From the NCBI GenBank assembly GCA_964016885.1, contig OZ024742.1:173972001-174036000 (forward strand): a stretch of DNA of 64,000 nt, read 5' to 3'. The stretch comes from Eledone cirrhosa. Taxonomy: Eukaryota. Of this stretch, positions 37,846 through 53,360 are shown piece by piece. Within the stretch, counting starts at the first letter, position 1, and every line of letters starts with the position of its first letter. The position numbers and the translations under genes were made by a program. The notes under the pieces are model-generated. The model worked only from the letters and a program-made list of their open reading frames with translations, did not search any database and was not told the origin of the DNA.

Positions 37846-40403
37846 ACTTTCTTTATTAACCACAAGGGTTTACATAAAGTAGACATTAAGGACAGTACAG
37901 GACAATACAGGACGGTACAAAAGGGCATTTCTGCGTGTAAAAAAAAAATAAAATCACAGGATGTAATAATAGAACAATGAAAAAATTCCCCCTATGGGGG
38001 GGAGATTCCGAGGGACATTTGTGGAGAAAGCCCATTAAAAAGCCACAGTGACCCTAACCACCAGGGCAAGTGCCCTCTCCCAGTTTTCCACCTTTAATTT
38101 ACAGACACATACTCAGAGTAGGCCCATTCACTTGGGCCAATCTTGCTTCTCTCACACATCTTTCAACAAAAGGCTGGGAAGAGAGCACTTCCCTCTCTAC
38201 CCTAATTTTCCTTTACAAATGAAATTTGAAAAAGTTAATCAGGGCATCATTGAAGAGGTAAGTGCTCGTCTTCAGCCCTTTCAAATGTGTCCACCATACT
38301 ATCTCTTTCGCCATGGCCACTAGACAGATAAACATTGCCTGCCCTTCCCGGCTAAAGGAAGAGGGCGGGGCAATCCTTACAATGGACTCAGCTGATAGCT
38401 GGATCCGTCCCACACGCGACAGCAGGTGTTCGACATAAACCTACAAGTCAGCAATGCTCGGACACTGGACAAGTGCGTGCAGGACGGTTTCGTCACCCTG
38501 CGCGCATCTCTTACATGCCCGGCTAACGGCACCTCCATGCCTGTAGAGTTTATACCGAACTGGCAAAGCTCCTCGGTAGCACTGCCAGGCCTGTGATTTC
38601 TGGAAGTTGTCCATAGGCACCAGCCCGAAAATTCTTCCGAAGAGATTGGCTAATTGATTTTCGTCGACGCCTATACTTTCCCCAAGTACTTCGTTGATCT
38701 TCCCTTCCACTAATCCTCTATAGAACGCCAAGGTGGAGTTTCCACCAATCACAGTGCCTGATTGGTCCAGGGCTGTGAGCGCCTGAAGACATTCCAGTCT
38801 CAAAGCGTCCCTCTCGGTCTTCGCTTGACCCAGGACTGCAGCTCCGTCAAGGAGACGAGCTGGGGAAAGACGCGTCTAGCAAACGGTGACCACACCTGAT
38901 CACCGTCGAGGAAGATGTGGAGATGTCGTAGCCTGAGCGCGTGTCTGCGCATCATCAGCCAAGGCAGGCCCAGCCCTCCACGAAGCGGGTGTTGACAGCA
39001 GATGGACCGCATGACAATCGGAGCGCGTCCCTTCTACAAAAAGCAAAAGAGAAAACGCTCCAGCGCAGTCAGGCGAGGCTTAGGACAAGGTACGACGGTG
39101 AGGCGGTAGTAGATGACGGACGCGATATACGTGTTAGCCACCTCCGCTCGACCTGTCAGGGATAGCTTCCTCTCCGCCCATTTCTGGGTGAGAGAAGCCA
39201 CCCTGCTCGTCACCTCGTCCCAGTCTTTGTCCGTCTGGAGATCCGGACCGAACCAGACACCGAGCAATTTAACTGGTCCGTCCGTCCAGCGCCTGACGAC
39301 GTTGTTGGACGGCATGGTCCTGCCTCTCCAGGTGCCGAGCTGCAGGCTCACTGACTTTTCCTGGTTGAGCATTGTTGCTGTCACCGCTTCGTATTCTCTT
39401 AGTGTAGTGCCGATCGCCTCGATGTGTTTGGCGTTCGACACCACTACGGTGACATCGTCCGCATATGCTGACACGGATCTTCCGCATCCTAGTTCGTGCA
39501 GGATCCCCCTCAACGTGTCCAGTTTGTGCAGTAATGGCTCGAGAGTCAATACGTACAGAGGGACGAGAGGGGACAACCTTGGCGGACTGATCGCATGATG
39601 TTGAACAGTTCCGAAAGCTGACCGTTCACTCTCACCACAGAGCCGATGTCCCTTTGCATGGCAGCGATCCAGCCTCTGAATATGGGCCCAAAGCCGGCCG
39701 CCCTCATGAGTGCCGCCAGATAACGATGGTCGACCCTATCGAAAGCTCTCGACTGATCTAAATTGATCAAGGACCCACCCGTGCCAGGTTCCCTAGCTAC
39801 CCGATCCATGATATACCGCATGAGGTGGAGGTTGTCGTGGATGGATCTGTTAGGAATGGCACATGTCTGCGCCTCTCCTACCAGACCACCAACGACAAGC
39901 ACCAACCTCTTTGCTAGCACCTAGGCCAAAATCTTGAACTCTGTATATAGAAGAGTTAAGGGCCTGAAATTATCTATGTTATTCTCCTTTTTCGAATTCT
40001 TTTTCAGTAGCGCCACCGCTCCTCGGCTCACAGAGCTGGGAATTCTCCCGTTCTGTTGCCAGTTGCAGTAGACATCCGCCAAGAGGCCTCCGTACAAGTC
40101 TGACATCTGTACGTAAAGTTCATAGGGAAGACCATCCTCACCCGGCGATTTACCCCTTGTGCAGCCAGTCATTGCCTCCCATACTTCAGCTGCTGTCATC
40201 GGCTTTTTACAATACTCCGCCTCAGTGGCAGAGATCCGCAGCAGTACGTCGAGGTAGACACTAAAGTCCATCCCTCGATCCGGCCTGCCGCTGTCCCCGA
40301 ACAGCTGAGCGGAGTGTCGCTGAAAAGCTTCACACATTTGCCCGGGATCGAGTAGCATGTGCCCGTCCTGGTCCACTAGAGAGCGGATCGTGGCTTTGTT
40401 GCC
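37846..40403 (-). mobile_element. Tx1-like LINE 3' part (disrupted ORF2 and 3' UTR)
   Basis: KSPGEDG, NFRPLTLL, DQSRAFDRV, VRQGCPLS, AYADD, CKRC..ETVLHALVQC; homologous to 56773-59318. Confidence 0.95.
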
Positions 40404-40553
40404 GCTTTTTGGAACACTTCAAACGGCTTGCTTGCTGGGAACAGCAAGAACCCTCCGATACATCCTGGATGTCTGAGACTGCAGGTAGTGGGTTGATATT
40501 CATTTCAACAAACTTTCCAGTTAAATAACATCAATGACTGAGACTCAAAGTAC

Positions 40554-40585
<32 letters not shown>

Positions 40586-40598
40586 CAATAATAATAAT
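40404..40598 (+). mobile_element. R4/Dong 3' end fragment plus (AAT)n
   Basis: Matches 56607-56754, then (AAT)n at 40554-40598. Confidence 0.9.
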
Positions 40599-40611
40599 CG
40601 TTAAAAGTTAA

Positions 40612-43429
40612 AAGATAAAAGAAACAACAGCTAAGGAAAACAAGGCGAGGAACCATCACCAATGCAACAATATCCTCAAAGCAACCGCAAATTTGGTGAA
40701 AAATTACTTGGTATAAAAAGAAGATGAAACAACAAACAAGAAAGATCAGAACATTGGTGGAAGAAACGACTGAATGGTCAAATCAGGGAAATGAGAAAAG
40801 ACATTGGAAAGCTTGAGTTATACTGAATGCGACATTACAAAACATAGACACAAAAGATAGATTGAAAATAAAATACTAAACTAGGGGAAAAGAGCTAAAT
40901 GTTATCATAGAGGAACTGAAGCAACGCATTTTAGCAAAAAGTGCAAAGATTAGGCAGTATGAGAACAGAGCTAGTCAGTATAGACAGAACCACATGTTTG
41001 AGAACAACCAGAAGATGTTGTTTGAACAGCTTGAAGGGAAAGAAAAAGGTAATGAGTTGATCCCTGAGGTTGAACAGACTAAGACATTCTGGACAGGAAT
41101 ATGGGAGCAGGATGTTAAACATAATAGTCAGGCAGTGTGGATTGAGGCAGGTCAAAAGGAGTTAGTGAACAAGCACACCAACAACCTGATTTGAGTATCA
41201 CAGTTGAAACTCTTAGAGAGCAGGCCAAAAAACTAACCAACTGGAAATCACCAGGCCCAGATGGTGTGCAAGGATATTGGATAAAAAATATAACATCCCT
41301 CCACCCAAAACTGACAGCCATGTTCAATGACTGCTTGATGTCATGTAAAGTACCAGAGTGGTTGACAAAAGGTACCACAGTTCTAGTGATGAAAGGCCGA
41401 ATCAAGGGTAATAACGTTACCAACTATAGACCTATCACATGTATGTCCGTAATGTGGAAACTGTTAACAAGCATTGCGTCTGAGGAAATATACTATCACC
41501 TCCAAATAAACAACTTATTACTGGACGAACAGAAAGGATGCCGAAAGAAGTCCCATGATACAAAGGACCAGTTACTTATTGATAAGATGGTAATGAGGAA
41601 TTGCAAAAGGAGGCATACTAGTCTTACCATCAGATGGATAGATTACAAAAGGGCATTCGTCATGGTACCTCATTCTTGGATAACCAAAAGCCTAGAGATC
41701 TTCAAGGTTGCAGACAATATAAGACAGCTATTAAGTAAAAGTATGAAGTCCTGGTAAACAGAGCTAACATCAGGTGGAGAATCCTTGGGAGGCGTGAAGA
41801 TCAAGCGAGATATCTTCCAGGGAGATAGTTTGTCCCCTTTGTTGTTTGTCCCTACCTTGATACCCCTGTCTGTCATATTACAAAAAGTGAGAGGAGGATA
41901 CAAACTGGGAAGAGCAGAGCTTACCATCAACCACCTCCTCTTTATGGATGATCTTAAACTTTTTGGGAAGAGTGTGAAGGAGTTGAATCTACTTGTTGAC
42001 ACTGTCCGTATTTTCGGCAATGATATTTGTATGGAGTTTGGCGTTAATAAGTGTGCAGTCCTAGTGATGAAGAGGGGTAAATTGAGCAGAAGCAATGGAA
42101 TCCAGGTATCAGCAGGTGAGATGGTAAAGGAAATTGACACTGAAGAGGGATACAAATATTTAGGTGTTCTGTAGGCACATGACATCAAGAACAAAAAATG
42201 AAGGCATTGATAAGATCTGAATACCTAAGGAAAGTAAGGAACATACTAAAATCACATCTAAATAGTAGGAATGTCATAAGTGCAGTAAATTCCCAAGCTG
42301 TGTCTATTATTAGGTACAGTGTGGGAATTCTGAAATGGAATGTTGCTGAACAAAAAGAAATCGATAGGAAGACTAGGAAGCTAATGACTATCTACAACAT
42401 GTTCCACAAGAGGAGTGATGTTGATAGACTCTACTTAAAGAGATCTGAAGGTGGAAGAGGTCTTATCAGCATAGAGGGCAGTGTTCAGATGGAGAAAAAC
42501 AGCCTGCACAAATATGTGGCTGACAGTAGGGAGACAATGCTTAAAGTTGTAGTGAAGGAGAAGACAATAGACCAGGGGATATCCAAGGAAGAAATAACAA
42601 CAAGGAGGAAGAGCAACCTTCATGAAAAACCCCTTCATAGCACCTTCTTTAAGAAAACGAAATTCAGAGATCCACAGGTATGGAACTGGTTAAAAAGATT
42701 AGACCTTAAAAAAAGCTACAGAAGGAAGGCCAATGGCTGCGCAAGAGCAAGCCTTCAGATGAAGTGGCTGAAACACCATATTGACAAGGAGGAGGCTAGC
42801 TCAATGTGTAGGATCTGTAGAGAGAGAGAGGAGACTGTGGCTCACATTGTATCCGAGTATAAACACCTAGCCCAGACTCAATATAAAGGCTGGAGACATG
42901 ATATGGTAGGCAAGGTGATCCACTGGCATCTATGCAAACTAAACAATTTACCACATTCTGAGAAGTGGTATGAGCATAAGCTAGAGTCGGTGATAGATAA
43001 CAATGAGGTGAAGGTGTTATGGTATTTGAGGATACAGACGGACAAGAAATTAGAACACAATAGGCCTGACCTGGTGGTTTTTGACAAGGAAAAAAGATTG
43101 TGCCTGATTGTAGATGTAGCCTGCCCATTTGACACGAGAGTACAAGAAAAGGAGAGGGAGAAAATTAACCGATACCAGGATTTAAAGAAGTGGGAGTTAA
43201 ATGGCATGAGATTAAGGTCGTCCTGATTGTCATAGGCACACTAGGTACTATCTCAAAGAGTTTCCAAGGATGGTTAAAGAAGATTAGTCCAGCCCAGTTT
43301 TTTGGAACACTTCAAAAGGCATGCTTGCAGGGACAGCAAGAACCCTCTGTTATGTCCTGAATGTCTGAGGCTTTCCAGTTAAATAACATCAATGACTGAG
43401 ACTCAAAGAACAATAATAGTAATAATAAT
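40612..43429 (+). mobile_element. R4/Dong-like RLE LINE, 5'-truncated and decayed
   Basis: KSPGPDG, NYRPITC, EQKGC, IFQGDSLSPLLF, LFMDD, YKYLG, GGRGL, CRIC..ETVAHIVSE, RHD, RPDLVV..DVACP..KEREKINRYQDL; ends in AAT repeats. Confidence 0.95.
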
Positions 43430-43600
43430 GTTTCTAATTTTGGCACAAGGCCAGCAATTACCCAGTGCATTACTGGTACTTTATTTTATCGACTCTGTAA
43501 TGATGAAAGGCAAAGTTAACCATGGCAGATTTGAACTCAGAATGTAAAGGGCCATAACTCTTTGCTGCAAAGCATGGTATCTGGTGTTTTATCGATCCTG
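43430..43600 (-). mobile_element. SINE-A inserted at the Dong (AAT)n tail
   Basis: Family match; its 3' end abuts AATAATAAT. Confidence 0.85.
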
Positions 43601-43860
43601 CGAAAATAATAATAAGATGATATAATATAAGGGGGATAACATTATTAAAATACTTATATACACACCTGCTTACACACACACACACTTGTACACATACACA
43701 TATATACATAATACATACAAACACATATATGTACATGTACAAATCAACCCACGTGCAAATGTATAATAAAGTTATGACCAGAGATAAGTAATAGCTGGTA
43801 CTGATGCACATAAAAGAAATTATTACATGACATTAATACATTAAATTAAAATAATTATTA

Positions 43861-44038
43861 ATTGTTTCTACTTCTGGCACAAGGCCAGCAATTATTCCAG
43901 TGTATTACTGGTACTTTATGTCATCGACCCCGTAAGGATGAAAGGCAAAGTTAACCTCGGCGGGATTTGAACTCAGTCCGTAAAGGGATGTAACTGTGCT
44001 GCAAAGCATGGCGTCCGACCCTCTACCGATACTGCCAA
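43861..44038 (-). mobile_element. SINE-A
   Basis: Family match; AATTATTAAT on both sides. Confidence 0.88.
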
Positions 44039-45399
44039 TTATTAATAATAAATAAACAGAAAAACAATAAAATAGATATATAGGATGGGCTTCTGCAGTT
44101 TCTTTAAACCAAACTTCACTCAGAAGGCACTGGTCAACCTGAGGCTATAATAGAAGAAAAAGTTATTTGCTCAAGGTGCCATATATGAGGAGTGAACATG
44201 GAAACATATGATTTGAAATGAATTCCTTTACCACACATCCATACATGTACCTACTTAAATAGAAAAACATGTACATGTAGAATATTATGAGATCAGTTCA
44301 GATAAAAGAACATAATTAGGTGTAAAAAATATTCACTCTACTACTTTTGTTTCAACTCATACCCTGTATACATTGTAGTGATTTTTCATCTTTAAATAAT
44401 AAAAAATATGTTTGGCAAATTTAATTAACACAGTGGCTCATTAAATGAAAATAATTCAAGTTAAATTAATTAAAAATGATTATTTTTATGTTTGAAAACA
44501 GTAAATTATCTCTAATGTTTCTTAACAAGTTTGTTCTCTGATTGTTAGAAAGTTAATTTCACCATAGAAAAATAGTTCATACTGTTTTATATCCATTTTT
44601 CTGGGCTGGCATGCATGAAATGATGTTTGTTTATGTGTGGAGTTGCTTTTATATAAGAGGATGTTTGATATAGAGGGATGGTTTAATATAAATGTACGTT
44701 TGACATAGATGGGTGCATTAAAGAGATGTATGATTTATAATAGCTTCATCTATCATATAACTGGATGACTTTCCCAATGACCCATGAAATGAAATGAGCT
44801 CTTTTTTTTAAGTAGTTAAATATACTAAGGAAAGGAGTGTTGTGCGTTTTTTAACCCTTCTTTTGTTGTGATATTTCTAATAAAAGACACATCTATGATT
44901 ATCAGATAATGTTTTAAATAACCAAGGATTTTGAGGGATTTAGTAATATAATTAACTTGCACATTATTTATTTGTTGTTTGGAATATAATTTAATATAGA
45001 CTCTCATATGAGATCATGACAGAAGCTTTTTAGATAAATATAAACACTTTAAAATAAGCAGCTTTGTATCATTGAACAAAGGCCAGTTTCATGTGGGCCA
45101 GTACTAAACGTGATAAGAAAGACAGAATACAGTATTTAAGTAATATTTTAACAGAAATCACATGTGATTGATATTACATCAAAACATTATAACATAAGCC
45201 ACTTTTTCATAGAAAACATGATTGTCTGTTTAAGGAGTTTGCTTCCTAACCATGTGGTTCTAGGTTCAGTCCCACTGTGCAGCAAGTTGAACATCTGTTT
45301 CTTTTACTATTGGTTAGGATTGACCAATGTCCTATATTTAGAATATGGTAAATGAAACTGTAGAAGTCTCTCTCATATATACATATAAAGATGTATATA

Positions 45400-45578
45400 C
45401 AGTGCTGGATTTAGGACAAATTAGGCCCTGTGCTAATTAAGTTATGAGGCCCCTTTACTTGGACCCTGATTTAGGTAGGCAAGGTAAAAAAAAATATTTT
45501 GTCACTAATATGGGCCTTCCTTGGGCAATGGGTGACTGTGCTTATGCACACCTAAGCACAATGGTAAATCCAGCTCTC
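45400..45578. mobile_element. hAT-like MITE (decayed)
   Basis: Imperfect TIRs CAGTGCTGGATTTA / TAAATCCAGCTCT; internal GGCCC subrepeats; no clear TSD. Confidence 0.5.
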
Positions 45579-45670
45579 TCTGTGTACATATATATATATA
45601 TATATACATAATCAGAGAATATTTACACAAGGTCTTATTAGTTTAGACATCTGGGGAAAAGGAAAAAGTA

Positions 45671-45925
45671 ATCATCATCCTTTTACGTCCACTTTTCCCT
45701 GCTTGCAAGGGTGGGACGGGAACTGATTCTTGCTTGATTTCTACAGCTGGATGCCCTTCCTAATACCAACCTCATTTACAGTGAGTGCTGGGTACTTTTT
45801 TGCTGTGGCAATTCCATGACCACTTTGCAGTGGAATGATATGGGCCCCAGTCCTTATCATCTCATTTCTACAGCTGAGTAAACTGGAGCAATGTGAAATA
45901 AAGTCTTGCTCAAGGAAACAACATC
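45671..45925 (-). mobile_element. SINE family B, 5'-truncated
   Basis: Matches centre and tail of 1670-1925. Confidence 0.87.
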
Positions 45926-45948
45926 TGATGTTTCTCCATCATCAGAAA

Positions 45949-45996
<48 letters not shown>

Positions 45997-46200
45997 TATA
46001 CACTTTCATTTTATATTCATCCTTTCTACATTTCTCCGGAATATAATTTATACTCGTTGAGCAAACCTGCACGTACGCTGTTCATCTCTAACGTAACGAT
46101 ATATTATCACTACATTATTGATAACCTGAAATCTTATTAATCTCCTATACAGTTGAGCAACTAATTCAGCATACGCCTCTAAAATGGAAAGGCACCAATT

Positions 46201-47628
<1,428 letters not shown>

Positions 47629-47652
47629 TATATATATATATATTAATTTAAA

Positions 47653-47781
47653 ATATTAACAAAATAGATATTCTTGTGATCAATTATATTTTATTATACA
47701 TATTTCAGAGGTACTGAGTTAATAAAATATAATTGCATAATAAAATATAATTGATCACAAGAATATCTATTTTGTTAATAT
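47653..47781. repeat. 45-bp perfect inverted repeat in a TA-flanked segment
   Basis: 47653-47697 is the reverse complement of 47737-47781. Confidence 0.9.
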
Positions 47782-47886
47782 CTTAATTTAATATTACTAA
47801 CTCTGGAAAACCTCTTAACTGTTGAGTGCTTCCAATCTATTGTAAAACTCATTCTTTGATGTATTCATTGAACCTTGTTTAACTTT

Positions 47887-48163
<277 letters not shown>

Positions 48164-51100
48164 CTGCTTTTATGTTTGTGTCAATGTTTATGTCAGGTAA
48201 CTTTGATAATAAGCACTAGACTTGAAAAATAAGTAATGTGGTCAATATGATCAGGTAACTCAAAGTGGTGTCACAGCATACCTACATTCTATTGACTGAA
48301 ACAAAGGCAACAATGTGTCCACTGCTGATGCTATCTTCCACTCACCAGTGTCAAAAAGAGGCAAGATTTGAATTTAAAACACATAGATCTATATCAGATA
48401 CCAAAATCAAATGCTTTAACAATTCTGCCAGTCCACCACCCATGGACTGGTACTTTATTTTATTACTATTTAGTATAGCTTTCTAAGAAAACGTGAGTTG
48501 TCACTTAGCATAAAAGTAACACACATTGGTTTCAAGAGATACAGAGTTTAATTTTCCATAGTTGCCACTGACTACTCTTTTCCATCTCTATATCTACCTG
48601 ATATTTGGAGCTATTATTTATAGCGATCAACTGTCATTACAGTTATTTTCTGTATTTGGAATTCTCGCATTTTCAAATTTAAAATAAGCTAGAGCTTTGT
48701 GAATTCAGAAGATTTAAACATCATAGTATTGTTCTCTGGGTTGTTTTTCCTTATTGACTTTTCAGACAGACACACATATACATATGTAGCTTCCACTGTA
48801 AGGTGGCTGTGCTCATACCAAGACAAAATAGGACCCAATTCACTCTGTAATGTGATTGTACTGGTGACATGACTAAAACCATCCACTTCACCCTGGAAGT
48901 TGGTAGTGCTGGTGTCATAAGAGCGCTCTCAGTATATGCTCTAAAGTTGTTGTCATTAGGAAGGAAGACATACTGCCATAGAAAACTAGGCCCAAAACAT
49001 ACCATATGAGCAAGACACCTTGCAGTCTAGCCTCATAATATGACAGCTTGTTCAACCCATGCAAACATGGAAAATAAATGCTAAACCATGTTGATGATGA
49101 TGCTGATGATGATAATGATAATTATGATGGGAAGGTGATTATGGCAATGATGATGGTTGTCGTGGTGATGATGATGATGATATAATCCATGAACATAGTG
49201 TTGTTAAAGCAAAGTGATGGAACTCAAAATTACTTATTCCACCCATAAAAAATTGGTTTATATACTAATGCAGTATATTCCTAAGGTTGTAAACAAAAAA
49301 GTATTCATGATATGAAAAAATGTTGAGATCAAAATTTTATTGTTTTATAGAGCCTTAGTCTCAATAAAACATTGAGAAAAACTCTCTAAAACAACATCAT
49401 CTGATAACGATTATAATGTAAAGTAGTGAAATATTATTTCCTGATTTTTATGGAAATATAATAAACAAATATGTATAATTTTTTTCATGGTTGTTTACAT
49501 AAAGGACCAATGTTTCTTTTTTTATATTACAAGACATTACTTTATGTTGCTAATCTGCATTTGGTTATTTCATAACAAAAAACAGAGGAGAAAAAATGTT
49601 TGATCATTAGGAGATAAGTGCCTGTTTACCAGGCAAATATTTTTAATTTCAGAACAAAACCTGCATTCTAATAAAGGAAATCAGTTAGATTCTCTCTATC
49701 CTCCACCTCAACTTTGTCTTAGAAAGTTAGTGGAAATATTGATGGAGAATAAATGCTGAACAATATGCAATCACCGGGAGATTTTAGCAAGCTACAAGTA
49801 AAGACAACCATGAAACAGAAGCAGATAGTATCAAATTATTAGATTATCAGAGCAGAGAAATAAAGAGTGCTAATAGCTTGTAGATAAACAAGGCATATAA
49901 TTATATAAAACCCATCCTAAATATCCTACCTGACATCTAATTTACTAAAATGTTATGTTGGGCTTATTGTTTCAGTCATTTAAAACATGAATATTTACAT
50001 AAATTAAACAATTTTAATATTATTCATGACATTACTCAGCAGCTGCAGTAGCAGTAGTAGTAGATATTTGAGGAGAGTGGGACATGTTTCAAACACATCG
50101 TTATGCAAGTTTCAAATTACTGAATTTATCTTATTCTTCGCCTATAACTCCTGAAAGTGTCAAAGAGGCGCTGTCCATTACACAGGGCTAATCTTTCATA
50201 TTTTAAACTTGGGGGTGACCATCCTTCAATAATTAGTCGAAAAACTGATCTCTTCTAGATTATAGAGAGAAAGAGAAAGAGTCGAACTCAGTATTGTACT
50301 GGTACTTATTTACTCAGATTGCAAGGACGAGAAGCAAGTTTGACCTGGCTTCTTCAGGACTTTGTTTATACAAAAAGAAATTAGTTTTCTTATTTTCTAT
50401 TTTGGCTTCTTAACAGATTGAAACTTTTGAATGACCATCCTTTTTATCTATCATTGAAATATAGCTTTTGAATATCCGTAATAATTTAATTCATAAATAT
50501 TATTTTTCCTGTATAACAATATCACTTCATTGTCTGTGTGGGTGATAAGAGATGCTAATTACAAAAGTGAAAGTTTCTTGTATGCCCCCAAGATTTCTAA
50601 TTAATCTTTTTCTTTTAATTGTAAAAATTAAAACATAACTTGTAAAAAATAAATACAAACGCAGACACAATGAATGATGACAGTTACAAGCACAAACATT
50701 GACACTTTGGAAATTACATAGAGAAAAACACATTTGTGATATAAAAAGAGACACTCGTGATAGCCAAATGAGTTTCATAAAAAAGATTAAATAATAATCA
50801 ACTTTGCTATTGCAGTGAGAAAATCAAGCATTCAACATAGGCCAGGTATTTTATAAATAAAAGAAGTGGGCGTTTTTTTACAAAAAGAGAGTCTACCTCT
50901 CTACCCAAGGACCTTATCAAAGAAAAGTCTTAACAGAAAAGTAATGAGAAGAAGTGGTTTCAGTGAATCTTCAAATCAGCAATTAAAATAAACCCAGTCC
51001 ATTATCCCATTTAATATAAACCTGCACAAAATCCTCTCTGGTTCTATAAAAAATAAAATACCCCTTTTAAAGGATTCCTATTTTAATTAAAATCTTCCCA

Positions 51101-51995
51101 CATAATTATATATAATGACTTTTTGTTATATTACAAATACCATCTGAATAATAAAATAATTTTAGTAAATCTCTTCAAAGTTTTTATCTATTAATTCAAA
51201 TAGAGTGTATTTTATTAGAACTATTGTAATAGAAAGGTTAAAGTAGAGATGTTTGTGGTTTTTTAAACCTAGAACAAGACAATGCAATAGACCAAGCTGG
51301 TGCACTACAAATGTTCCCATTGGATTATACTGCAATAGTGAATTAGTGTTAGACTTACAATTATAATGTTGTGGGTTTGAATCCTAGACTGGGTTGAGTG
51401 TTGTATTCTTGAGAAATATATTTAATTTCACATTACACCAGTATTACTAGCTGAAAATGAATTTAATCCTGTGAGGGACAGGTGTCCTGGCCCAGGGGAA
51501 GTCTTACACTCTCAGCTGCTTAGCACCTAGGAAACTAGCATAAGCACTGGACTAATGAGCCTCTGGGTGTTAGACAGACAATAGACTTATGCAGTAATAT
51601 GTGAGGCAGCACCATAAATATATGATGACTAGTAACATTGGTTCTCATGCTGAACCTTTTTTTCATGATGATGAGTAACATTGGTTGTCATGTTGAACCT
51701 TGGATCATGAGGGCCAGTAACATTGCCTATCATGATGAATTTTGGTTCATCATAAATGTTATGACATGGTATGGAAAAGTGGTGAGTGCAGAAGTGTACA
51801 GGGTCGTGCTAGAGCTCTACAACCACAGTTTAAATAGATAAATACTAGGTTTTCAGAAGGGAAAAATAACCTGCTAGAGACTAACTTCTTCTCCAAAGGA
51901 AGAATCATTTCTCATTTTCTTAATGATATAGGGAAACAAGATAGGTAAGAGTTAACAAACAGATGTTGAACTCAATGTCTTTCTATTTTAGTACA

Positions 51996-51996
<1 letters not shown>

Positions 51997-52085
<89 letters not shown>
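51997..52085. repeat. (AAT)n microsatellite
   Basis: About 30 uninterrupted units. Confidence 0.98.
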
Positions 52086-52086
<1 letters not shown>

Positions 52087-53360
52087 GGGAAGAAGACGCA
52101 CGTGGTGGATAGAAGGTCATGAAATCGCTCCCGTAAGTTTTTGATTTTTAACATATTTAAACCAATTGTGAAATAACAATTCTTAGTACAAATGATACAT
52201 AAAGCACCAGACTCAAGTCGGAGAAAAATTCGGATCCATAATATATTGTTATATCGCTCAAATATTCAATTTTGTATTATACATTTTATATTCAAAAAAG
52301 AAAATGGTTATAAATAGAAGAAAACCCCCTCTGTCTACACTATATAGAACAGCAAAATAACAGCAATTTCACCAACACCAGAAACTAGATACACCACCTA
52401 CACCATCACCCCTCTGTGTACACTAAATACAACAGCCAGATAACGGCAATTTCACCACCACCACCACCAATCCCAGCATAATAATAATAATTACTATTAT
52501 TATTGTCTCAAGTTTTAACAAAATGTTTAATTCCAATATTAAGAAAATATGTCAACACATATATTAAACATACGCGACAAACGCATAGATACACAGATCA
52601 AACACAACTACAGTCTATTCAACAAAACTCAGTAACGACAACGCCATCACTATAGTCACCGCCGCCACCACTCCTTCATTGCTACCACCGCTATTCCCCC
52701 ATTACCTTCTGTTAACTTACGAAAGTGGAAGGTGGCGGTATCACTAGACAATATTAATAAACAATATTAATATTTAATTTTGGATCAGGAATGTTAGAGT
52801 CGAAAAGGAGGAAAATGGCAAATGACTAAATAGCTAAATAGCTAAAGATAATTTCACCTCCAACACCACCACCACTACCACGCTAAAAAACTCTGCCTCA
52901 ACCTCTATTTCTACTTCAACTTCAACACCATCACTACAGTACTACGATCACATCACCACCACCACTGCCTCATTATCGCTACCGACGCTATTCTCTCCCA
53001 CTACCTCCTGCTAGGTACTACTAGCACAACACCACCATCACCAGCACCACACTGCCTCATTATCACTACCACCGCTATTCTCTCCCACTACCTCCTGCTA
53101 CATCGTAGTGTCCCCACTAAAAGAGGAAGGCATCAAAATATATAAATAGACTGAATTGATTACCCGGTCAAAATAAAAAAAAATAAATAAAAATCAAAGT
53201 AGCACAGCAACAACGAAAAACGTAAAGAAAAGAAAAATGAAGAGAAAAACAAACAGACGGACAGAGAAGGGAAGGGAAAAACTAAGTCAGACATTCAACC
53301 ATTACATTACAATGAAACTTATGCTTATTCATTTTTGGGGGTTTTTTTGCCTGTTTGTTT

